From Candidatus Omnitrophota bacterium (lineage in GTDB: Bacteria > Omnitrophota > Omnitrophia > Omnitrophales > Aquincolibacteriaceae): 30,050 nt of DNA. The translations under genes were made by a program, and so were the position numbers. This document shows, in pieces, positions 1 to 9,250 of the stretch. The stretch covers positions 1 to 30,050 of the forward strand of contig JBAZER010000027.1 in the NCBI GenBank assembly GCA_041653795.1. The letters are read 5' to 3'. How positions within the stretch are numbered: position 1 is the stretch's first letter; every line of letters begins with the position of its first letter. The notes beneath the pieces were generated by a model. It was not told the DNA's origin. It saw only the letters and a program-made list of their open reading frames with translations, and did not search any database.

Positions 1-520
1 GAAGGGATCGTTTGGGAAAATAAAAATGCAAGAATAACAAGAGAAGCCAGGATCCTTCTGGGGACGGAATGCGGGAGCTGACGAGAACGACTATTTTTTA
101 TATTCATTTTTTCGCCCTTTCGCAACTGGATTTTTAACGATCCCTGCTCAAGACCGCAGAGAGAGGTGTCCAATATGCATCGATTTCACGGTTCTTCCGA
201 AGGCTAACATGCCTTTCCAGGCTTGTCAATGTTTGTAACATGTTCATATTAAACGACTTACGATTATTTCTGTATTTTAAAAAAGCAGTTTAAAAAGTGG
301 ATAACCCGGGTTTGGCAATTCTAAAGGGCTCAAGTTTTCCAGCAACGATTTTTCCCAAGATAAAAATCCCGCCTGAATTCTGTCGCTTTTCTGCCGCTCA
401 AACTTCCGGAAAACGATAATTAAGAATCTGTAATGCCGCGGGATAACTTGGATTGGCCTGGAATACAGCGTGGAATAATGAAAAGGGTGACGTCAAAACC
501 GATATAACTTTTTGTCTTGA

Positions 521-567
521 TTGAAAACTATAAAATATAGAAGGCCTTTTAAAAAGGGCCTTCTATA
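521..567 (-). terminator. Intrinsic terminator for minus-strand transcripts: hairpin TATAGAAGGCC/GGCCTTCTATA (11-bp stem, 536-567) followed on the minus strand by TTTTATAGTTTT
   Basis: Perfect inverted repeat read directly; T-run follows only in the minus orientation. Confidence 0.5.
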
Positions 568-578
568 CTAAACGCAGC

Positions 579-602
579 AAATGGTCGGGGTGACAGGAAT
601 TG
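579..602. repeat. 24-bp direct repeat (1 mismatch) of the 3' end of tRNA-Pro plus 3 nt of its 3' flank (AAATGGTCGGGGTGA[C/G]AGGAATTG); the other copy is 904-927, inside and next to the real tRNA
   Basis: Direct sequence comparison of 579-602 with 904-927; similarity ends immediately afterwards (no second full tRNA). Confidence 0.7.
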
Positions 603-862
603 GCTCCCCTCCGGGGCAGGCCACCCGCACTTATAAACATGACTTTTGTCATGTTTATCGTCAAGTGCTCCCTTCAATTCCTCTCGACACGAAGGGGCCT
701 GGTTCTCAAACCAGGTCCCGACGTTGACGTAGGGCGAAATCCCTTGAAAGCCCACGTCATCGCACTTGTGCATTGAGCACAAGTGTCAACCCGAAGTAAA
801 GATCGCCCTAATGCAAAAAACGCATTAGGACAGACCATTTTGTTTACTCAAAAACAAAAATA

Positions 863-893
863 AAAGGCCTTCCAAAAAGGAAGGCCTTTTATT
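863..893. terminator. Bidirectional intrinsic terminator: AAAGGCCTTCC-aaaaa-GGAAGGCCTTT with T-runs on both sides (TTTTATT on plus, TTTTATTTTTG on minus); ends the tRNA-Pro transcript
   Basis: 11-bp perfect stem, 5-nt loop, flanking U-tracts in both orientations; lies 14 nt past the tRNA 3' end. Confidence 0.6.
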
Positions 894-906
894 CTGCGTA
901 ACAAAA

Positions 907-982
907 TGGTCGGGGTGAGAGGAATTGAACCTCCGACATCTTGCTCCCAAAGCAAGCGCTCTAGCCCCTGAGCTACACCCCG
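907..982 (-). tRNA. tRNA-Pro, anticodon TGG, CCA encoded
   Basis: The reverse complement folds as a canonical cloverleaf: acceptor CGGGGTG/CACCCCG, D-arm GCTC..GAGC, anticodon stem CTTGC/GCAAG with loop TTTGGGA, T-arm GGAGG-TTCAATT-CCTCT, discriminator A, then CCA. Confidence 0.85.
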
Positions 983-1061
983 ATGTATCCTATTTATAAA
1001 AAATCAATTGAAACATCGGGGTAGTCCTGATTTCCTTAGATTTTTTTAAACAGAAATCAGG
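978..1061. promoter_or_regulatory. tRNA-Pro upstream module. Hairpin 1 is CCCCGATGT...ACATCGGGG (978-1020), overlapping the tRNA 5' end and enclosing a TATAAA -10-like box. Hairpin 2 is CCTGATTTC-cttagatttttttaaaca-GAAATCAGG (1026-1061)
   Basis: Inverted repeats read directly; the same two-hairpin layout, sharing GATGTATCC[T/A]ATTTAT, is found upstream of tRNA-Glu. Confidence 0.45.
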
Positions 1062-1122
1062 GCACACCGACGTAAATGTTATTGTTATTGTATCGACGGA
1101 ACCCGCGGATGGCAAATGCTTC

Positions 1123-2205
1123 TCAGAATATCGACCGCTCTTTGTAAACACTCAAGACAAGTCCCAAACACATGCAGGTCATAATAAAGGAAGATCCCCC
1201 ATAACTGACCAGGGGAAGCGGCACCCCGGCGATCGGCATCAGTCCGATGGTCATTCCGATATTGATTATCACATGCGAAAAAAGAAGCGCAAGCACTCCC
1301 CCGCAAAGTATCTTCGCTTTCACGTCCGTCGTATGCTGCATGATCAGGAAGATCGAGTGGAAAAGGAACCCGTAGAGACATAACACAAGAAGACCCCCGA
1401 GAAATCCCAATTCCTCCCCGATCACGCAGAAGATAAAATCCGTGTGGTGCTCGGGGACGAAATGAAGCTGTGTCTGCGTCCCGTGCAAATATCCTTTGCC
1501 CCAGAACCCTCCCGACCCGACCGCGATTTTGGACTGGAGAGCCGTGTAGCCGGAACCCAGCGGATCGAGGTTGGGGTTGAGAAATACCATCAAACGTTTT
1601 TTCTGATAGGCCTTGAGAAATCCCCATGCCAATGGAGCGGCCAATGCCAGCGCGCTAAAACTCGCGATCAGGAAACGCTTCCGCACGCCCCACAGGAAAA
1701 GCATGACGATGGACATGGGAATAAACAGGAGCGCTGTTCCGAGATCGGGCTGTTTGAGGATCAGAAAGAGAGGGACCGCCAGAAGCAAAAGGGCAATGCT
1801 CACCGTTTTCGCCTGTCCTTCCCAGGGATGATGTGATCCCAGAAAATTAACACCCGCCAGAAGCGCCCCGACCTTCGCAAATTCCGAAGGCTGGATCGCA
1901 ATCGGACCCAGCGCAAGCCACCTCTGGGCACCCGAAACCTTGCTGCCAAAAAAATCGACCAACACAAGCAAAATAAGCGTCAGAATATAAAAAGGATACG
2001 AAACACTCAAAAAGGGGCGGTATCCGATGAGGGGCACGCCGATCAGCACGGCCAAACCCACAAGAATCCAGAAAACCTGTTTGGCCTCATAGTTCCCGGG
2101 GTCGCGATAGGACGCGCTGTAAATGAAAAGGATCCCGATCGCCGCCAGGGCCACGACCGAAAAAAAGAGCGGAAAATGGATCCCGTTAAGCAATCGGCGC
2201 AGCAT
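1123..2205 (-). CDS. rodA: SEDS-family peptidoglycan glycosyltransferase RodA (FtsW/RodA family); called RodA because of the mre/mrdA context
   Basis: 360 aa, multi-pass membrane protein with the conserved SEDS C-terminal region (...GGSS...); immediately downstream of PBP2. Confidence 0.85.
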   Translation of the reverse strand: MLRRLLNGIHFPLFFSVVALAAIGILFIYSASYRDPGNYEAKQVFWILVGLAVLIGVPLIGYRPFLSVSYPFYILTLILLVLVDFFGSKVSGAQRWLALGPIAIQPSEFAKVGALLAGVNFLGSHHPWEGQAKTVSIALLLLAVPLFLILKQPDLGTALLFIPMSIVMLFLWGVRKRFLIASFSALALAAPLAWGFLKAYQKKRLMVFLNPNLDPLGSGYTALQSKIAVGSGGFWGKGYLHGTQTQLHFVPEHHTDFIFCVIGEELGFLGGLLVLCLYGFLFHSIFLIMQHTTDVKAKILCGGVLALLFSHVIINIGMTIGLMPIAGVPLPLVSYGGSSFIMTCMCLGLVLSVYKERSIF

Positions 2206-3955
2206 TAAGGCCCTTCCATGTCTCGAGCATCTGTTTCACAAGACGCGCACTCGTGATGCCGCCGGACCCGCCATGTTCCACGAACACGACGAATGCGATC
2301 TTCGGGTTTTTATAGGGGAAAAATCCGGTCATCCAGCTGTGTGACTTCTGGGGCGGCGCCTGCGCGGTCCCTGTCTTGCCGGCCAGTTTATCAAAATCCA
2401 CACGTGCCAGCTGCCCGGTCCCGTAGTCTGATTCCACGACTTGAAGCATGGCTCTTTTGATCACATCGAGATTCTCCTCATGAATGGCCACCCGGGAAAT
2501 CCCGGGTATTACCGTACGGTCCCCAACAACCAGATGGGGCTCCACGACCTTGCCGTTCTTCGCAATGATCGAGGTGAGACGAAGAATTTCGAAGGGGGTC
2601 ACGAGCATATAACCCTGCCCGATCGCCATATTGAGAGTTTCGCCCTGGTACCAGGGCCGATTGAAATGCGCCTTTTTCCACGCGGAATCCGGAATGAGAC
2701 CGGGGGCCAGGCGTGAGATCTCGAGCTTCAAGGGTTCGCCAAGGCCGAGTTCATGAGCGTAATGCGCGATCTCGTCCGGAGTCAGTTTTTTGGCCACATT
2801 AAAAAAATAGACATTGCAGGAACGCTCGAGAGCCTCATAGAGATTGAGGTTCCCGTGCCCCTCATGAAACCAGCAATGCGCAGGCTTCGACTTGGGACCC
2901 AATTGGAAAGAGCCGGTGCACCGGAACCGTGTTTGTGGAGTGATCCTCCCGAGATCAAGTCCCGCAAGCGCCGTTACCAGCTTGAAGATCGAACCGGGAG
3001 GATAAGCGGCATTGATCCCGCGATCCAGCATCGGGGAGTTTTCGTCCTTCAGTACATGAAGACGCTGTTCACTGGATGCCGGGGAGACAAAGATATTCGG
3101 GTCATAGGCCGGCGCGCTGGCCATTGCCAGAAGCCCGTCCGTCTCAAGATCCAGCACGGCAATGCTCGCGTGCAGGCCCTTGATCATGTCCATGATCTTC
3201 TTCTGAAATTCGAGATCCAGCGTAAGCGTGACATCGGACCCCGGTTCAGGCTCGCGTTCTGAAAGAACCCGGACCATCTGGCCTCGCGCGTCCACTTCGA
3301 TCTGCTGCCCGCCCCGCCATCCGCGCAAGGAATCGTCAAACGCTCTTTCAATACCGGCCCGGCCGATCTTGGAGTTCACTCCGAACCGGTCGCGGTCCAT
3401 TACATCGTACTCACGGCGATTGATCGTCCCGATGTAACCGATGACATGCGAAGCGGTTTCGCCGTAAGGATAATAACGGATACCCCCGACGCGAACGCTC
3501 ACGCCCGGAAGTTCCGGCCGCCGTTCCTCAATAAGGAACGCAAGCTCCTGAGGAATGTCTTCCATGATCACCGCCGGCGCAAACGGATACTCACGTCCCG
3601 CACTCATGCGTCTGCGGACTTCTTTTTCCGGGATCTTCAATAACCTTGCAAGTCTCGGATAGACCTCGGGGGTTATATCTTCCGGGATCGCAATAACGTT
3701 GTACGAAGGGCGATTCGCGGCAAGCAGCCGTTCCTTCTGGTCGAATACGCGGCCGCGAGGGGCCTCAAGAGGAATAAGACGAACGCGGTTACGTTTGCTG
3801 AGTTCGTAGTAGTAAGGCCCGCGCACGACCTGAGTTTGGAAGAGCCCCAACCCCAGAAGGGTCACGAAGACAAAAACGAATACCTGAAAGAAATGGAATC
3901 GTGTGAACATCAGCGAAAAAGTTCGTATTGTTTGGCGGAGGAGTGGTCGAACCAC
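2186..3955 (-). CDS. mrdA: Penicillin-binding protein 2 (elongation-specific transpeptidase)
   Basis: 589 aa; N-terminal membrane anchor, PBP dimerisation and transpeptidase domains; GTG start in the track; overlaps mreD and rodA by a few codons. Confidence 0.9.
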   Translation of the reverse strand: MVRPLLRQTIRTFSLMFTRFHFFQVFVFVFVTLLGLGLFQTQVVRGPYYYELSKRNRVRLIPLEAPRGRVFDQKERLLAANRPSYNVIAIPEDITPEVYPRLARLLKIPEKEVRRRMSAGREYPFAPAVIMEDIPQELAFLIEERRPELPGVSVRVGGIRYYPYGETASHVIGYIGTINRREYDVMDRDRFGVNSKIGRAGIERAFDDSLRGWRGGQQIEVDARGQMVRVLSEREPEPGSDVTLTLDLEFQKKIMDMIKGLHASIAVLDLETDGLLAMASAPAYDPNIFVSPASSEQRLHVLKDENSPMLDRGINAAYPPGSIFKLVTALAGLDLGRITPQTRFRCTGSFQLGPKSKPAHCWFHEGHGNLNLYEALERSCNVYFFNVAKKLTPDEIAHYAHELGLGEPLKLEISRLAPGLIPDSAWKKAHFNRPWYQGETLNMAIGQGYMLVTPFEILRLTSIIAKNGKVVEPHLVVGDRTVIPGISRVAIHEENLDVIKRAMLQVVESDYGTGQLARVDFDKLAGKTGTAQAPPQKSHSWMTGFFPYKNPKIAFVVFVEHGGSGGITSARLVKQMLETWKGLNAAPIA

Positions 3956-4425
3956 CGGTTCGTAAGAAAATTAAATACAGGCAAGAGAGCGCTTGTGTAA
4001 AGCGCCGTCATCGCGATCATCCCCAAATACCCCCAAACGAAGGACGGCGGCAATTCGCCCGCATAGCTCACCAGAAGTCTTAAAGCCCCCGCACAAAAGA
4101 CAAAAAGGAACGTAATGATGAGATAGATCCCCGGCATTTGGCGTTCCATTTTCCGGACTAAAAAATCAAGCGCCAGGGCCAAGGCGACCAGGAGAGTCGC
4201 ATCGAGCCCGATCAAACCACCCCCCAAAAGGTCCCGTAAAAGCCCGGCCCAGAACGCGACGTAAACGGTCTTGGAGGACCCCCATTCGAAAGCGGCGTAG
4301 CAAATGAAGAGGTAAAGGAGGCTCGGATATACGGAATAAATCTGAAAGACCGGCATCACAGACCCGTCCAGGACCGCGAGCAGGAGAAAATAAAGAATTA
4401 CTTTTGCGGAGACGAGACGAGGCAT
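3910..4425 (-). CDS. mreD: Rod shape-determining protein MreD
   Basis: 171 aa polytopic membrane protein sitting between mreC and mrdA. Confidence 0.7.
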   Translation of the reverse strand: MPRLVSAKVILYFLLLAVLDGSVMPVFQIYSVYPSLLYLFICYAAFEWGSSKTVYVAFWAGLLRDLLGGGLIGLDATLLVALALALDFLVRKMERQMPGIYLIITFLFVFCAGALRLLVSYAGELPPSFVWGYLGMIAMTALYTSALLPVFNFLTNRWFDHSSAKQYELFR

Positions 4426-5198
4426 AGCACTTCCTCAAGCTTGGAAAACGGCACGGAAGGTTTGACGAGAGCGAGAAGATGCAGTCCGTCGCTGTCGCGC
4501 TCGACGGATTCGATTTTCCCGATCTGGAGGCCTTTTTGAAAAATACTTCCGACGCCGGACGTGATCACATCCTCCCCGATCGCAACCTCAGCATCCAGGG
4601 CCAGATATTTCATTTGCAGCCTGTCCGTACCGATCCCGGCGATGATTCCCTGGGCACGGCTTGTCGCGGTGAGCGCACTTACGCGGGAATCCGAGTCCGG
4701 CAAAAGGATTGCGTGAGCCGTGTAGGGTTCGACTTCCAGAATCCGTCCCGCCAATCCTTCCGGCACGACTACCATCATGTCTTTTTTGAGATTGTGGCGG
4801 CTCCCCTTATCCAAAAGAATAACTTTTTTCCAGGGTGTCACATCTTCTCCAATCACCCGGGCACCGATGGTGCGCGTGGCAAGCGGCAGGCCAAAGTTAA
4901 GCAGTTTCTTGAGCCGCCGATTCTCCCGATCTATTTCACGAAAACGGCTCAGTTGACCTTCAAGCGCCTGAATGCGCGCACGGTATTCATTCTGTTTTCC
5001 GACCGCGTTCAAAAAATTCCCGGATTGATAGCGAACCATGTAAAGGCCCTCCCGAAGACTGCTTCCGAGTACAAGCGCGGGCCGGACGACGGTGGAGAAA
5101 ACAGAATGGACAGACTCGTTCAAACGGGGGTATTGAAAAAAAACAATGAGGGCTATGACGGGAACCGCAAGAAAGTAATACGAACGCCAGCGCCGCAT
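4398..5198 (-). CDS. mreC: Rod shape-determining protein MreC
   Basis: 266 aa; N-terminal TM, coiled-coil segment, C-terminal beta-domain; located between mreB and mreD. Confidence 0.85.
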   Translation of the reverse strand: MRRWRSYYFLAVPVIALIVFFQYPRLNESVHSVFSTVVRPALVLGSSLREGLYMVRYQSGNFLNAVGKQNEYRARIQALEGQLSRFREIDRENRRLKKLLNFGLPLATRTIGARVIGEDVTPWKKVILLDKGSRHNLKKDMMVVVPEGLAGRILEVEPYTAHAILLPDSDSRVSALTATSRAQGIIAGIGTDRLQMKYLALDAEVAIGEDVITSGVGSIFQKGLQIGKIESVERDSDGLHLLALVKPSVPFSKLEEVLCLVSSPQK

Positions 5199-5381
5199 GG
5201 GGGCAAAATCTCCGATAAGCGAAAAAAAAGATTCTGAAAAAACGACTGCTTCAGATACCAGGAGGTCACTTTCGGGGAGCGCTAAAACGGGGAAAATTCT
5301 CTAGCCTTTGTCCGCTATTCAAGAAAAAAACTGAAGACAAGGACGGCACTGCGAACCCATAAAATCAACAGAAACGCAGTA

Positions 5382-6434
5382 CTAGTATTCCCGGGTAGCG
5401 TTGCTGTTCACCGACAGGCGCTTCAGAAGGTGGAAATCGCTCAAATAACGACCCGTACCAAGCGCCACGGCGGTGAGAGGATCTTCCGCGATGTGAACGG
5501 GAAGCCCTGTTTCTTCGCTGATCAACTTATCAAATCCCCTTAAAAGCGATCCCCCTCCTGCCAAGATCAAACCCCGATCAATCAGATCCGCGGATAATTC
5601 CGGCGGCGTCCGCTCCAGCGCGATACGAACAGCTTCAAGGATAGCAGAAAGCGGCTCGGAGAGGGCTTCACGGATTTCTTCGCTGGTCACACTGATCGTT
5701 TTCGGCAATCCGGCGAGAACATCGCGTCCTTTAACGTCCAGTGTCGTTTCTTCTTCGAGAGGGTATGCGGAACCGATACGGATCTTGATCTCTTCGGCCG
5801 TACGCTCCCCGATCATCAAGTTATAGGCCTTTTTCAGGTGCGACGTGATCGACTCATCAAACTCATCGCCGCCGATGCGAATGCTTTTTGCAAACACGAT
5901 ACCCGAAAGAGAGATCACGGCAATCTCGGTCGTTCCGCCGCCGATATCAATGATCATGTTCCCGGCCGGCTCATGGATCGGAAGTCCGACACCAATCGCT
6001 GCGGCAATGGGTTCCTCCACAAGATAGACCGGCGTGCGAGCTCCGGCCCGTTCCGCAGAATCTTTCACGGCGCGTTTTTCGACTTCGGTGATCCCGCTCG
6101 GAACTGCGATCACGACACGCGGGCTGATACCGGTCTTGCGACGATGGACTTTGCGGATAAAATAGCGGAGCATGGCTTCGGTAATATCAAAATCTGCGAT
6201 AACACCGTCCTTCATGGGACGAATGGCGGTAATATTGCCCGGTGTGCGACCGAGCATGCGCTTGGCCTCTTCCCCGACAGCAAGGACCTGGTGGGTCGAA
6301 CGATCAATGGCTACTACAGAAGGCTCACACAACACAACGCCCTGGCCTTTGACGTAAACAAGGGTATTTGCGGTGCCAAGGTCGATACCAATATCACTCG
6401 AAAAGAATCCTAACAACTTGTCGATCAAAAACAT
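5382..6434 (-). CDS. mreB: Actin-like rod-shape protein MreB. The true start is the internal Met ([24 protein letters not shown]...); the listed ORF 5382..6644 has a 70-codon spurious N-extension that overlaps aroA
   Basis: Strong MreB N-terminal motif [30 protein letters not shown] and an actin-fold body; 350 aa from the internal start. Confidence 0.9.
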   Translation of the reverse strand: MFLIDKLLGFFSSDIGIDLGTANTLVYVKGQGVVLCEPSVVAIDRSTHQVLAVGEEAKRMLGRTPGNITAIRPMKDGVIADFDITEAMLRYFIRKVHRRKTGISPRVVIAVPSGITEVEKRAVKDSAERAGARTPVYLVEEPIAAAIGVGLPIHEPAGNMIIDIGGGTTEIAVISLSGIVFAKSIRIGGDEFDESITSHLKKAYNLMIGERTAEEIKIRIGSAYPLEEETTLDVKGRDVLAGLPKTISVTSEEIREALSEPLSAILEAVRIALERTPPELSADLIDRGLILAGGGSLLRGFDKLISEETGLPVHIAEDPLTAVALGTGRYLSDFHLLKRLSVNSNATREY

Positions 6435-6534
6435 GGGCTCTGCCTTTTTGTATCTGTCGCGTGGGCTGGCATTTATAGAGGCCGTAGTATATCGAAAGCT
6501 TTTTTCACTGTCAAACCAAAACCATACGTACGTT

Positions 6535-7827
6535 TCAGGGCTTGAGAAGCCGGCGAAAGTGATCCATGAAAGCGGGATAAGAGGTCGCAATACATGCCGT
6601 GTTTGTAACCGTGATCGTCCCCTTCGAGGCAAGGCTTGCCACACCCATACTCATTGTCGTCCGGTGATCTCCGAAACTCTCGACGGTCGCGCCATGAAAC
6701 CCATCCACACCCCGGATCAGAGATCCGTCCGGAAGCTCTTCGATCGATGCCCCGATGGCCTTGAGATTCCGGACCATAGACTGAATACGGTCGGTTTCCT
6801 TGACACGCAGTTCCGCCGCTCCTGAAATAAGGCTTTCCCCTTCCGCGAGCGCCATCGCAACCATCAGAACCGGCAGTTCGTCGATCAGGGACGGGATCTC
6901 CCCGTGAGTGATCCCCGTACCTTTCAGTTTCGCACCGCACACGTGAATAGTCCCCATCGGCTCCGGAACCGTTTTCGTTATCTGTGTTTCAATCCTCGCA
7001 CCCATGCGCTTCAAAACTTCGAGAAATCCGGTACGTGTGGGATTCAATCCGACATCCTGAACGGTCACTTCGGACCCCGGGATCATCGCAGCACCCACGA
7101 CAAAAAAAGCGGCGGATGAAATATCGCCCGCAACGCGCGCATGCATCGGCAAAAGCATTTCTGTTTTTTCAACGATAAGATGATTGCCGATTTTCTGGAA
7201 ACGCGCTCCGGCCGCTTCAAGAAACCGCTCCGTATGGTCGCGCGACGGGATGGCTTCACGGACGATCGTTCTTCCCTCAGCGTACATTCCCGCAAAAAGA
7301 AGCGCGGACTTGACCTGCGCGCTTGAAAGTTTATTATCGAAATCAATCCCGCGAAGTTTGCCGCCGCGGATCGTGAGCGGCGCAAAATTGCCGTTCTCTC
7401 CGCCTCGAATCTGTGCGCCCATTTGTTTCAGAGGATCGGTCACACGACGCATGGGCCGGACCGAAAGAGACGGGTCCCCGGTCAACACGGCTTCGAAGCG
7501 CTGACCCGCCAGGATCCCCAAAAGAAGTCTCATGGAAGTCCCGGAATTCCCGAGATAAAGTTCCTGACCCGGAGCAGAAAGCCCTCGAAGCCCCCTTCCT
7601 ACTATCCGGACCTTGCCTGTTCCTTTTTCATGTTGGATTTCAACACCCATCCGGCGCATGGCTTCCAGGGTGTGAAGGCAATCTCCGGCCTCCAGGAAAT
7701 TCTCGTAGGAACTCTCTCCCTCGGCTAAAGCGCCGAAAAGGATCGCCCGGTGGGAAATGGATTTATCACCCGGAGGGGCATAGGTTCCGTGAAGCCGACC
7801 GGGACCTGAAAATGAAAGAGAGGGCAT
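6535..7827 (-). CDS. aroA: 3-phosphoshikimate 1-carboxyvinyltransferase (EPSP synthase)
   Basis: 430 aa; N-terminal GDKSISHR... and overall EPSPS fold signature. Confidence 0.9.
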   Translation of the reverse strand: MPSLSFSGPGRLHGTYAPPGDKSISHRAILFGALAEGESSYENFLEAGDCLHTLEAMRRMGVEIQHEKGTGKVRIVGRGLRGLSAPGQELYLGNSGTSMRLLLGILAGQRFEAVLTGDPSLSVRPMRRVTDPLKQMGAQIRGGENGNFAPLTIRGGKLRGIDFDNKLSSAQVKSALLFAGMYAEGRTIVREAIPSRDHTERFLEAAGARFQKIGNHLIVEKTEMLLPMHARVAGDISSAAFFVVGAAMIPGSEVTVQDVGLNPTRTGFLEVLKRMGARIETQITKTVPEPMGTIHVCGAKLKGTGITHGEIPSLIDELPVLMVAMALAEGESLISGAAELRVKETDRIQSMVRNLKAIGASIEELPDGSLIRGVDGFHGATVESFGDHRTTMSMGVASLASKGTITVTNTACIATSYPAFMDHFRRLLKP

Positions 7828-7836
7828 GAAAAAAGG

Positions 7837-8136
7837 CTACTTCCGGCGAACCCAGATACGAGCCCGATCGAGCTCATTGAGAATCCTGTCTTTTTTGACG
7901 ATGATTTTCTCCTGCCGTTTCTTGAGGAATGCCAAGCGGGTCTTGATGCTGCCGGGATCGCTTCCCAATAATCCTGGCCAAGGCTTCCCTTCGGCCGCGA
8001 AGATCTGAGGGGTCAAAAGAACCCCCTCCAACAGCCAGGACAAGAAATAGAGCTTAGGCCCTGCGAATCTCATCGCCTTCGACGACCTGCTGCTTGGGAT
8101 TTTCTTCCACAAGGGTGGCCGCAGAAAATTTATCAT
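7837..8136 (-). CDS. Hypothetical 99-aa protein with a basic C-terminus; overlaps the 3' end of the upstream coiled-coil gene by ~80 bp; uncertain
   Basis: ATG-initiated ORF ending 10 bp before aroA; no recognisable family; would otherwise be a 226-bp gap. Confidence 0.3.
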   Translation of the reverse strand: MINFLRPPLWKKIPSSRSSKAMRFAGPKLYFLSWLLEGVLLTPQIFAAEGKPWPGLLGSDPGSIKTRLAFLKKRQEKIIVKKDRILNELDRARIWVRRK

Positions 8137-9049
8137 AGAGCTTTTCGACCAGGACTGTCGCGATCTCCTGGCCCTGTTTGAGGACCTTCAGCCTGTCCCC
8201 CATTTTGAGTCCTTCTTGAAGTCCCTGATTGACGATCACAAAATTAAATTTTCGGTTCACGGTAAGAACTCTGGCGACTGTCGCCGTCCCGGCAGTTGAG
8301 GAAGCTTCGGAAGATTGCGAGAATTCAGTTGTTGCGGCGCCGGGGGTTTCCGGTGCCGGCGGCGCCGTGATCACGGATCCTCCCTTTGTGACAGGAACCA
8401 CTTTTGCAGTTTCCGCGCTGAAAGGCACCGAGGACGCGACTGGGGGGATGGATGTTGTCATGGAACTTGCGGAGGCAACCGATCTTCCGGAGGCCATGGG
8501 TTTAAAAACGGCCTGGGGAGTTCCGGCCTCATCTGCGGCCACTGTTGAAACGGATGGCACGGAGGCCGATGAGTTTGTAAAAGATTGGGCTGCGGAAAGA
8601 GGATTTGTATTCAGGTCCGCCGGAGTCACTCCACAGGCGGCTTGAGCTTCTTTGGCCTTTTTTTCAAGCTCACCCATCTTCTTCTGAAGTTCCGCGATCA
8701 TCTCTTGATGGCTCTTGAGCTGTTTTTCGAGCACGGCTTTCTCGGAATCAATACGGATTTGTTCGGCCTGAAGTTTTTCAAGCTGGGCCTGCATAGCCTC
8801 GGCCTTGGTACGATACTCTTCGCTCTTGGCCGTGATCTGGTCCTTCTCGGCCGTGATTTGTTCCTTCTCGGCCGCGATTTGTTCTTTCTCGGACTGGACT
8901 GTGATCATTTTTTCTTTGACCTGATCGTACTTGGCCTCGATGCTGCCCCGCACAGTACGTTCCTCGACCCAGCCTTGATACAAATAGTAAGAACCGCCTG
9001 CGGCAGCAATGGAAAGAAGAAATGCTAAAATAATGCCAAGCTTTCCCAT
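8054..9049 (-). CDS. Membrane-anchored coiled-coil protein: N-terminal TM helix, heptad repeats (EKEQIAAEKEQITAEKDQITAK), a Ser/Thr/Pro/Ala-rich linker and a ~75-aa C-terminal beta-rich domain (possibly OB/NfeD-like); function unknown
   Basis: Composition and periodicity seen in the translation; no confident family assignment. Confidence 0.55.
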   Translation of the reverse strand: MGKLGIILAFLLSIAAAGGSYYLYQGWVEERTVRGSIEAKYDQVKEKMITVQSEKEQIAAEKEQITAEKDQITAKSEEYRTKAEAMQAQLEKLQAEQIRIDSEKAVLEKQLKSHQEMIAELQKKMGELEKKAKEAQAACGVTPADLNTNPLSAAQSFTNSSASVPSVSTVAADEAGTPQAVFKPMASGRSVASASSMTTSIPPVASSVPFSAETAKVVPVTKGGSVITAPPAPETPGAATTEFSQSSEASSTAGTATVARVLTVNRKFNFVIVNQGLQEGLKMGDRLKVLKQGQEIATVLVEKLYDKFSAATLVEENPKQQVVEGDEIRRA

Positions 9050-9250
9050 ACGAATCCCTCTTTAGTCTTTTGATCGTCTGACAGCAGAAAATTACGAAGA
9101 TCCCAACGCCGGACCGTCCGGGAACCCCGATCTCAGGCTGAAGAGAGCCCGGAAGTTTCTCTTCCGGACTCTCTTCATCCATCCGACTTTTACATGGACC
9201 CTATCCTCCGCTTTGTGACGACGGACAGGGCGATGAAAAACGAAAGAGGC

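Noticed and set aside
1-548. Chromosomal replication origin
   Set aside because: Only one convincing DnaA-box-like 9-mer and no dnaA/dnaN nearby; insufficient evidence
566-902. Possible tmRNA, SRP RNA or RNase P RNA next to tRNA-Pro
   Set aside because: The tRNA-like piece is only a 24-bp copy of the tRNA-Pro 3' end. No complementary 5' acceptor strand, no T-arm that folds, no tag-peptide reading frame ending in a stop, and no P4/domain-IV signatures. Kept instead as an att-like scar or unknown structured element
1085-1627. 180-aa minus-strand ORF
   Set aside because: Alternative frame fully inside rodA; Arg/Gly-rich junk translation
7837-8136. Treating the 99-aa ORF as a confident gene
   Set aside because: It overlaps the upstream gene by ~80 bp and has no family signal. 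Kept only as a low-confidence feature
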